IMG/VR virus record: IMGVR_UViG_2808606549_000001
Location: 1 to 64,000 of that record
Strand: one strand, 5' to 3'
Length of the DNA stretch: 64,000 bases
Source: a virus
Lineage: Duplodnaviria > Caudoviricetes
Shown in pieces: positions 57,160 through 64,000 of the stretch (within the stretch, counting starts at the first letter, position 1; the number at the start of each line of letters is the position of its first letter). The notes under the pieces are model-generated. The model ran no database searches, was not told the DNA's origin, and was given only the letters and a program-made list of their open reading frames with translations. The position numbers and the translations under genes are program-made.

Positions 57160-57230
57160 TCTTCTCTCCTCTCTTTCCCTACCGCCCACCCATAATAACT
57201 GCGATGAAATTATGTTTTTATCTGAATTAC

Positions 57231-57392
57231 TTAATTAAAGAAACCTGCCCAATATAGCAGACCCACTTCTACAGCAGCCGCGAAAAGCGTTGACCAGAAG
57301 TTATAATTCCCTTTTGGCTTACCGTGCAGATTCGCAGCCAACAACAATCCGATACCGATTAACACTATAATAATAATTTGTGGAATTCCCAA
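57231..57392 (-). CDS. Small membrane protein (below the ORF-track cutoff)
   Basis: MGIPQIIIIVLIGIGLLLAANLHGKPKG...WAGFFN*; SD AAGGAG; lies between repeat sites 57204 and 57418. Confidence 0.55.
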   Translation of the reverse strand: MGIPQIIIIVLIGIGLLLAANLHGKPKGNYNFWSTLFAAAVEVGLLYWAGFFN

Positions 57393-57431
57393 TAAAATAT
57401 CTCCTTTTTTAGTTTCTTCGAAAGAACTCTT

Positions 57432-57818
57432 TTATCGGTTTCTACTCGACAAATATTCCGTTTCTAATTCTTGCTTGTTGATGTCATATTTCTTAAGTAG
57501 ATAATTCAAAAGATCATCGTCACTCACTTCAATACCATTGCAAAATGGACAATACTTTGAAGCAATTCCAGTGTCGTCAATAATGTCTCCGATCTCGTAT
57601 CCATATTCGCTATCTTCCTTTGACTGAACACCAAACTCTTCTTTCTGCTCAGGAGTGCCGTCAAACACTACACCATAATGATATGCATACCTAGAATTAA
57701 TGTCGTCGTTTACTACGCAAGAAGCGCATAATCGATGACTACACTTACAACAAGATGCGACATACTCTTCATAGCGACTTTCACCACATGAATCGCATGA
57801 ATAAAAATCTACTCCCAA
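57432..57818 (-). CDS. Cys-rich Zn-binding hypothetical protein
   Basis: Several CxxC motifs; bounded by repeat sites 57418 and 57833. Confidence 0.6.
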   Translation of the reverse strand: MGVDFYSCDSCGESRYEEYVASCCKCSHRLCASCVVNDDINSRYAYHYGVVFDGTPEQKEEFGVQSKEDSEYGYEIGDIIDDTGIASKYCPFCNGIEVSDDDLLNYLLKKYDINKQELETEYLSSRNR

Positions 57819-57846
57819 ATCTCCATCTCCCCATGAAATCTCAAAT

Positions 57847-58356
57847 TCATTTCCAAAATTGATACCATCTCTGTTTAGACTTAGCTGGTTGCACGTCATT
57901 ATTATCCTTTTTTACTTCTTCAGCCGTCTTTGATTCATTTTCAATTCTTTTTCTTTCATCTAGAATTAGTCGTCTCTTTTCGTAATCATCTGACGCTTTC
58001 TTTTTGGATTCTTTATCTTCTACAAACCTTGCTTTGGCAATATAGTAGTTTACTGTTCCATCGCTTTCATGAGAAGATTTTAAAATTTCAAAATTCTCCT
58101 CATTTATTTTAATGTATTCACCTCGATTTAATTCTCTGATGAAGTTTTCTGTCTCATCAATAACTTCCCAATACTCATCAATAAATCTACTAACGATTTC
58201 TCCCCTGCTATTTGATAAATCAAGCAAATCTAATTCTGGAAGTTCAGAACTATACCAATGACCATAGGGCCGATATCCAAGGTAAAATTGTTCCGTTGCA
58301 ACTTTCTGATATATCTTGCTCCTCAAAATTCTATCCTCCCTAAGCAATTTGTTCAT
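57847..58356 (-). CDS. Hypothetical protein ending in RWYQFWK
   Basis: ORF whose stop lies in repeat site 57833. Confidence 0.6.
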   Translation of the reverse strand: MNKLLREDRILRSKIYQKVATEQFYLGYRPYGHWYSSELPELDLLDLSNSRGEIVSRFIDEYWEVIDETENFIRELNRGEYIKINEENFEILKSSHESDGTVNYYIAKARFVEDKESKKKASDDYEKRRLILDERKRIENESKTAEEVKKDNNDVQPAKSKQRWYQFWK

Positions 58357-58864
58357 CAACAATTCCCCACTTAATTGCTTCATCAATGTCCATATAATAA
58401 TCTTCATTACGTTTCGAATGGATAAACGCCACTGACAAGTTTGTTTTACTGCTGATGATGCTATTTCTCTTAGTCACTAATTTTTCAATCTTCTCAACTC
58501 GTTGTCTTAAATCGTGAAGTTGGAGAGATCCGCCAATATTCTCGGAGGGATCATGGAACATAAATTCAGCAAAGAGTCCAGCGTATCGCTTATGTCCGCA
58601 TGCAAAGATTAGGAATGCTGCTGAATATGCATATCCATAGCAATATGTATAAATCGGAGTCTTAGAGGTTTCCATGAGTGAAGCCATCGTGATAGCATCT
58701 AAGATATTTCCTCCACCTGAATTGATAATTAGATGGATAGGCTCTCTATCTTCAACTTGATTAAAATCATCTTCATTATTAATCCTGATGATTTCAGCCA
58801 TAACAGGAGCAACGGATTGATTATTAATCAAATCATATATGTATAGAACACGGTCTGGATTCAT
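58340..58864 (-). CDS. ClpP-like serine protease
   Basis: PI.L.INSGGG, YSAAFLI, FMFH, DYYM...EA..WG.VD. Confidence 0.85.
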   Translation of the reverse strand: MNPDRVLYIYDLINNQSVAPVMAEIIRINNEDDFNQVEDREPIHLIINSGGGNILDAITMASLMETSKTPIYTYCYGYAYSAAFLIFACGHKRYAGLFAEFMFHDPSENIGGSLQLHDLRQRVEKIEKLVTKRNSIISSKTNLSVAFIHSKRNEDYYMDIDEAIKWGIVDEQIA

Positions 58865-58881
58865 TATTTCTCTCCCACAAT

Positions 58882-59169
58882 TCAATTAACATATCTCACA
58901 ATGCCATTCGGATCTAAGTTGATTCCACAATTCTTAAGTTTATTTGTAATTACATCTTCAATCAGATATCCATCACCATGGGAGTCAAAAATGATTTGCT
59001 TCGGTTGATGCTGTGCTATGTATTGGACAATATCTTTAATTGCGTTGTCATAATATCCTTTTGCAACTTTAGGCAGATGATAAATACCTTGCTCGACATC
59101 TATACGCTGCACAACAATTTCTGACTGAGCAAGAAAGCCTGCTCGTTCTGCTCCAATGATGAATAACAT
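58882..59169 (-). CDS. Hypothetical protein
   Basis: SD AAGGAG. Confidence 0.55.
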   Translation of the reverse strand: MLFIIGAERAGFLAQSEIVVQRIDVEQGIYHLPKVAKGYYDNAIKDIVQYIAQHQPKQIIFDSHGDGYLIEDVITNKLKNCGINLDPNGIVRYVN

Positions 59170-59328
59170 TTTAGTCTCCTTTTAGTTTGATCCTACTGAA
59201 TATCCTACAAAGAAAACTACTGCTGTGTAGAAAAACAGCACCCAGAATAGCAATGACCTAGCAGGTTCAATAATCAAGTAATTAAGAATTTTCTTCAATG
59301 CGGTTTCCTTCCTCTTGAAAGCACAGTT

Positions 59329-59544
59329 TTATTGGACTACTAACTTATAACTGCCTGCATCAACTTCACTTGTTGGCACGTAATCCTTAAATCCATCTTC
59401 GTAAGTTACTTCAAAGCAAATTCGTTCCTTGAGTCCTCCATCAGGTTCAACATGAACAAGACCAGTAATAATAGGAATATCGCAGTTTGGTCTTCGATAT
59501 GAATTAGTGCTTACTGGCTCTAAAAACACATAGTTCACTTTCAT
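59329..59544 (-). CDS. Hypothetical protein
   Basis: SD AAGGAG; stop lies in repeat site 59315. Confidence 0.6.
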   Translation of the reverse strand: MKVNYVFLEPVSTNSYRRPNCDIPIITGLVHVEPDGGLKERICFEVTYEDGFKDYVPTSEVDAGSYKLVVQ

Positions 59545-59760
59545 CTAATTCTCCTTATTCCGTTAAAATTCAAACTTCATTGGAATATACTTTATCAATA
59601 AACACTGTCTACATCAGTCCAAAATTCTTCTCCATTGTCGATTACAATTACTCTTAGTGCGTCACCATGAACATTTGTCACTTTGGCATTTTTTCCGACA
59701 TTGTGTGCATAATCACTACGATGGATTTCTACTATCTCTCCAAGTAGAAAAGAATAGTCA

Positions 59761-60330
59761 TTAGACATGTACCAATTCTCCTTTTTTATACTTATTATAA
59801 GCCGAACGTACAGCCTTCAGTTTGTCATTTTCCTCAAGAGGTTCAGAAATAAATCTTCTTCCTGTGTACTTCATATTAACTCCGCAACACTCATATTTTT
59901 TAAATGCCCTTCCTACCTTACCCTCTTGCTTTTCTTCTAAGTAGTCTCTGGTCTGATAATTTTTCTCGCAGAGAGTGCATTTGTAGCAGCCATATGGATA
60001 AAGATATAGGAATGCACCATTCTTAAAGATTGTCGTCTCCGTAGATGAAGCGCCAATCCGCTCTAATTCATCCTCAAAGAATGTAGTGTGATCATCATAT
60101 TCTTGCCCCACTTTGCGACAATACCAATGGCACAACTCATGAAGCAATGTATCGTCAGTCATTAACTCATCGTGAAGAATTCTAGGAGAAAGTTCAATGT
60201 AGGTTTCAGCACACCATCCATATGTACGTTTGAGTCTATTATTGACCCTAACTGGAATGTCTAACTCCATATTCCACAAATGCTTTACAAAGAATTTTGC
60301 TTTCTCTTGTAGACTCTGGCTAGTCTCCAT
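59761..60330 (-). CDS. SprT-like zinc metalloprotease
   Basis: NNRLKRTYG...IELS...TLLHELCH...DH...F; C-terminal Zn ribbon. Confidence 0.8.
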   Translation of the reverse strand: METSQSLQEKAKFFVKHLWNMELDIPVRVNNRLKRTYGWCAETYIELSPRILHDELMTDDTLLHELCHWYCRKVGQEYDDHTTFFEDELERIGASSTETTIFKNGAFLYLYPYGCYKCTLCEKNYQTRDYLEEKQEGKVGRAFKKYECCGVNMKYTGRRFISEPLEENDKLKAVRSAYNKYKKGELVHV

Positions 60331-60356
60331 TTCATCTCTCCCAATGAAATATAGAT

Positions 60357-60560
60357 TTAATAACCTCTGAGTTTAACTAACTCGTTGAATGCTCTACAAA
60401 TTAGCATATCTGGATCGTCTGGACGCGCAGGAACACTTAGCGAAAATGTTCTATCGATGAATTTCTGTAAAGCCTTGTGACACTCATTAATATCAACTGG
60501 TTCCTTACACTGCCTTTCAAACTCTTCTTGGTTCATTTTAAAGTGCTCCATAGTATTCAT
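60357..60560 (-). CDS. Hypothetical protein
   Basis: Stop lies in repeat site 60344. Confidence 0.5.
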   Translation of the reverse strand: MNTMEHFKMNQEEFERQCKEPVDINECHKALQKFIDRTFSLSVPARPDDPDMLICRAFNELVKLRGY

Positions 60561-60786
60561 GTGGCATATCGTTGTTGTTGCGCTTCCTGCGCTGATTGAA
60601 TTTGGTGTTTGTAGATCCGCCCTTTTTCGTTCCTTGCATCAGATGAACTACAACATCCGTGAACCCTTTGATCTTGGCGATATGTTCGGATTCAACTCGT
60701 GCAGTGATTCTGTCTGTAAATGTTTCGTGAGTGATAATTTCTGCTTTACCATTTTCATTTTTTGCGATTGCATAGTATTGAGCCAT
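60538..60786 (-). CDS. Hypothetical protein
   Basis: SD GGGAG. Confidence 0.55.
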   Translation of the reverse strand: MAQYYAIAKNENGKAEIITHETFTDRITARVESEHIAKIKGFTDVVVHLMQGTKKGGSTNTKFNQRRKRNNNDMPHEYYGAL

Positions 60787-60821
60787 TATTATTATTTCTC
60801 CCTTTATTTATGTTTTGTTTA

Positions 60822-61652
60822 TTATTTAAATGGGTGATAATCAATTGCTTCGCCAAACGGATCGTTTTCCTTGATCCAATTTCTAAACTCACATGATTCT
60901 CGATGATTGCAGAGGTTGCAAGCAAAAAAGTCTTTTTGGCCATCTACCGCTTTACATCTTGGATTCCAAACTACATTCGACTCAATCTTCTTAGTTGTAT
61001 CGACTACCCATCGTTTTGTCTGCTCTAATTTATTATGATCGAATTTATAGGCAAACTCTTTCTGTCCTGATTCCCTGGGAAAGATGTAGATGAGATGGTC
61101 TGGGTATCTACCATACTTTTCGAAAATAGGTATGGAGTACATATACAACTGCATAATGTTGTGTTCAAGTTTATCTCCTGTGTACCTAGCAGCCGTCTTA
61201 TAGTCACCAATAACTAAATCGTATTTCTTGTGTTCGGCCACTAGATCAGGGAATCCCTTAACCTTAACACCATCAACATCAAACAATTTTTCTTCTTCTG
61301 CTTCTAACACTTTATAGTTGTCGAAGATTTCATTATAACTACCATCATCAAAAAATCTATGTATGGCCGTTTCATAAGACTTACCCATCTTATAAAACGG
61401 AGGCTTAAAGTTAAAACTCCTCAGTCTACGGTTGATCTCGTCTTTTATATCCCACTCATACAAATTACCTTTTAACAGATCCTCGATGATTTCATGGAAC
61501 ATTGTTCCGTACTCACCGAAATAATTATTAATGCCTCTGTCACCTTCCAAGTATGTCTTGTAAAAGTTCCAAAAGCATCCCTCTCCTTTCTCTGCTAAGT
61601 GGTATGAATTCAATCGACTAAAACTGTAAATTGTTTCACTTATCATAATCAC
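60822..61652 (-). CDS. PD-(D/E)XK exonuclease (Cas4/AddB-like)
   Basis: YSFSRL...C...GT.FH..IE...GFPDL...DYKT...QL..Y...C..C.....C. Confidence 0.85.
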   Translation of the reverse strand: MIMISETIYSFSRLNSYHLAEKGEGCFWNFYKTYLEGDRGINNYFGEYGTMFHEIIEDLLKGNLYEWDIKDEINRRLRSFNFKPPFYKMGKSYETAIHRFFDDGSYNEIFDNYKVLEAEEEKLFDVDGVKVKGFPDLVAEHKKYDLVIGDYKTAARYTGDKLEHNIMQLYMYSIPIFEKYGRYPDHLIYIFPRESGQKEFAYKFDHNKLEQTKRWVVDTTKKIESNVVWNPRCKAVDGQKDFFACNLCNHRESCEFRNWIKENDPFGEAIDYHPFK

Positions 61653-61669
61653 TTCCGCATCTTTTATTT

Positions 61670-61906
61670 CTATGTATTTTTATTGATTCCTTCTGCACAA
61701 TTCAGTAGTGATTGGAGGATCGCCTGTTCATCTGGCTTCAATTCAAGTGCTTCTGTATTTCCATAAGCTTGAGCAAAGACTTTGTACAGAACACTTGTTA
61801 ATGCAGAAACCTCCTTATTGTTTATTTCCCATTCAATCTTGTGAATTGTTTCGGCTACAGATATTTTGCTCAAGCCTGTCACTCTCCCCCTTGGCGATAC
61901 ATGCAT
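61670..61906 (-). CDS. Hypothetical protein
   Basis: ORF in the minus-strand arm. Confidence 0.5.
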   Translation of the reverse strand: MHVSPRGRVTGLSKISVAETIHKIEWEINNKEVSALTSVLYKVFAQAYGNTEALELKPDEQAILQSLLNCAEGINKNT

Positions 61907-61961
61907 ATTAGCAAATTGCTTATCCCAAAGTCAATATATCTCAGACTATAATTTATCTTTT

Positions 61962-62174
61962 TTACATTTTATTTTTTAGCCGTCCATATTTAACCTTAGC
62001 GAGTCGGATCAACTCTGGTTCAGTTAGGCTCCCCTTGGGCATGTACTTGCTCCAGAGGGCTTCTACGGCCTCGGGACGGTAATCATCTACAGCAGCCTTG
62101 ATGTTGTGTCCTCGCTCTTTAAGCAGCAAACTAGCTAATCCTAAGAGCATCAAATCGGTTTGAATCTGTTTCAT
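61962..62174 (-). CDS. Hypothetical protein
   Basis: SD GGGGG directly after repeat site 62184. Confidence 0.55.
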   Translation of the reverse strand: MKQIQTDLMLLGLASLLLKERGHNIKAAVDDYRPEAVEALWSKYMPKGSLTEPELIRLAKVKYGRLKNKM

Positions 62175-62197
62175 ATTACCCCCATGAAACTAATGTT

Positions 62198-62602
62198 TTA
62201 TTGGAATTTACTTTTGAGCCATTCTTTAAATGAAACTGTAACAGTCTCCTCATAATTGACGCAGCCAATGTTTTGATCTGGTCGATATTTTTTAATACAA
62301 CCAAACACGCTATCGTAATTCGAGCACTTTTTGCATTTGCTTTCATTAAGAATATTATATTCTTCAGTTGTCATGAAATAAAACCGACGCTCTGCCAAAT
62401 TGAGATAGTTATTTAAGTATATTAGATTTAGCTCAATATCTTCCTTTATTACAATTGTGGATTTGTGGCGATAGTCAATCTTAAATCCCATAACAGGCAT
62501 GTGATTCTGAAGATATTCTTGAAGTTCTTCAATAGATTGAACATTTTCAATCCAGTAAAAATCTCCCCAACCACTTCCTGCCTTCTCACATCGAATAAAC
62601 AT
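62198..62602 (-). CDS. Hypothetical protein with Cys cluster
   Basis: Bounded by repeat sites 62184 and 62619. Confidence 0.6.
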   Translation of the reverse strand: MFIRCEKAGSGWGDFYWIENVQSIEELQEYLQNHMPVMGFKIDYRHKSTIVIKEDIELNLIYLNNYLNLAERRFYFMTTEEYNILNESKCKKCSNYDSVFGCIKKYRPDQNIGCVNYEETVTVSFKEWLKSKFQ

Positions 62603-62682
62603 ATTGTTATCCTTTCCTATGAAACGTGTGTTTTATCGGAATTTCCGGCTTAAAAAGTCCTTATAAATCAAGGCTTTTTGAT

Positions 62683-63432
62683 TCAGCTAAAAGTTGCCTC
62701 TGGTTCCTTTTCTGGAGTTACTTCGTCATTTGAATATTCTTCATCAATAATAACCCTCGTCCCATTTTGATCAAGCTTCATCAGGAATAATTCAAAACTA
62801 TTTAGATGCTTGATTGAATGCAGATCGTGCCTCGTGTCATACTTAATTTCAAATCCTTCTTTTCGATCATCTTTCCATCGGGACAGTCTTACTGCAAAAT
62901 TCATATCCTCATCCTTTTCACATTCAAGGATCAGATTGGCATATTTAAACGATTCCCAAGAGTAGGTGTTTTCTGCGTAAACAACCTCAAAACGAACATC
63001 AACCATTTCATAAGAAACGCCATCATCATACACTACTTCTAAATTATCTGTGTTGACATTCTTCTCTACATACTTCATCCATTTTTCGTAAATCTCAGAT
63101 ACATTAATGGAATCCCTTTTATCTTCGGCAGACATAATCTCTTTGAAGTTTTCAAGAAGAAGGCGATTTGCAGTCGTAGACTCTTTAAGGATTTCCGCTA
63201 GAACATGATCAAGTTTTACAACATATTTTGAATAATCATATCCGTCTAGATAGGGGATCATAACTGATTCAATCTTCTTTTTAATTGCCTTCGTGCCATC
63301 GCCCCAAGAGCCGAAGATATCCTCGATAGCTTTCTTAACTCCTTTTTCTAGATTATCCGCAATAATCTTTTCAACAATGCCTTCATCAAGTTTCTGAGCA
63401 ACAATATCCTTAATTGATTGTTCTACTGTCAT
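62683..63432 (-). CDS. Conserved hypothetical phage protein
   Basis: 249 aa; SD AAGGAG. Confidence 0.7.
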   Translation of the reverse strand: MTVEQSIKDIVAQKLDEGIVEKIIADNLEKGVKKAIEDIFGSWGDGTKAIKKKIESVMIPYLDGYDYSKYVVKLDHVLAEILKESTTANRLLLENFKEIMSAEDKRDSINVSEIYEKWMKYVEKNVNTDNLEVVYDDGVSYEMVDVRFEVVYAENTYSWESFKYANLILECEKDEDMNFAVRLSRWKDDRKEGFEIKYDTRHDLHSIKHLNSFELFLMKLDQNGTRVIIDEEYSNDEVTPEKEPEATFS

Positions 63433-63440
63433 ATTTTATT

Positions 63441-63776
63441 TTATTCTCCTTTTAGTTTTTCAATTAGTTTTTCAAGAACTTCAATAGCGTATTGATTAAT
63501 AGTTCTTTCTTCTTTGAACCACTCTGGATCATCCTTTAGTGAGGCATGAAGAATGAAACTGCCTCCACAATATTGAGCCGTCTCTTGGCAATTTCCTTTA
63601 TCAGTCCAAGCCAATTTAAGACATCCAGCAGCTAGGCTACCAACAATATCATCCTCAGTGTCATGAACAAAAACTGTTCCCTTTTTGCAACCAGGCATAT
63701 CTTTTTGAAGAATGTATTTCTTCATCTTTTGTTGACGATTGCGATCCAATATATATGGATAATTTCTTTTGTGCAT
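63441..63776 (-). CDS. Hypothetical protein
   Basis: SD GGAG directly after repeat site 63789. Confidence 0.6.
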   Translation of the reverse strand: MHKRNYPYILDRNRQQKMKKYILQKDMPGCKKGTVFVHDTEDDIVGSLAAGCLKLAWTDKGNCQETAQYCGGSFILHASLKDDPEWFKEERTINQYAIEVLEKLIEKLKGE

Positions 63777-64000
63777 CTCGTACTCTCCATGAAATTTGCT
63801 TTTTATCGTATATTAACTTACTGGATTGTTGCTAAACCTGAAGGTTAGTGTGCTGCAAAACTTTCGATTTACCGCAATGTTTCCTTCAAGCCAACAATTC
63901 TCAATCTTTTTTCGCGTCGCATTTTCTAGAAAAAACAAGTCAAATCGAAAATCTCTACCTGAATAAATCATCATCTCGTACTTTCTTTCTATATCATGAT

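Larger units (their letters stand above)
43143..63806 (-). repeat. Dispersed family of 19 co-oriented 18-bp junction sites (sense-strand consensus NR-ATAAAA-N6-TTTCAT)
   Basis: Plus-strand starts: 43143, 44013, 44223, 45557, 46342, 47532, 47736, 48008, 48945, 49739, 56939, 57204, 57418, 57833, 59315, 60344, 62184, 62619, 63789. All lie at gene junctions. Confidence 0.85.
1..64000. mobile_element. SPbeta-like large temperate siphovirus genome segment
   Basis: Continuous phage gene order: terminase-portal-capsid-tail-lysis on +, then serine integrase, DnaE, RNR and ThyA on -. No host housekeeping block is visible. Confidence 0.93.

Noticed and set aside
60822-61652. Cas4-like nuclease suggesting CRISPR
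   Set aside because: No repeat-spacer array or other cas genes; such exonucleases are common in phage replication modules.
43143-63806. Junction repeats read as sigma-factor promoters or terminators
   Set aside because: They have dyad symmetry with a fixed 6-bp spacer, no -35/-10 spacing and no GC stem with U-tract. An operator role is not excluded.
1-64000. tRNA genes or an arbitrium (aimR/aimP) locus, as found in some SPbeta-like phages
   Set aside because: No tRNA cloverleaf and no TPR receptor plus peptide pair were recognised in this window.

Overview
The whole window is part of a large AT-rich temperate siphovirus of the SPbeta type. The host is probably a Bacillales species with an S-layer, because the endolysin has an SLH domain. 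Positions 1-33.4 kb (+) hold the late module: terminase, portal, scaffold/protease, capsid, connector and tail genes, a 1996-aa tape measure, baseplate, a beta-helix tailspike and lysis genes. Two freestanding endonucleases and an intact tyrosine recombinase interrupt this module. Positions 33.5-39 kb hold accessory genes (RepL-like, Wzy/O-antigen-ligase-like), an ATP-dependent ligase and a large serine integrase with an apparently intact attP. Positions 39-64 kb (-) hold replication and nucleotide genes (RecU-like, DnaE, SpeD, deaminase, nucleotidyltransferase, RNase H, ThyA, dUTPase-like, a class Id-type RNR with an intein) among many small ORFs. The main unexplained signal is at least 22 copies of an 18-bp quasi-palindrome, ATRAAA-N6-TTTYAT. 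These sit at gene junctions, often contain the upstream stop codon, and one lies 4 bp after the tyrosine recombinase, which suggests an integron-like gene-cassette system or a genome-wide operator. A second signal is a shared three-way-junction RNA leader upstream of both endonuclease genes, whose variable loop is complementary to a duplicated sequence over that gene's own RBS. All calls come from reading the sequence and recognising motifs; no database searches were run.
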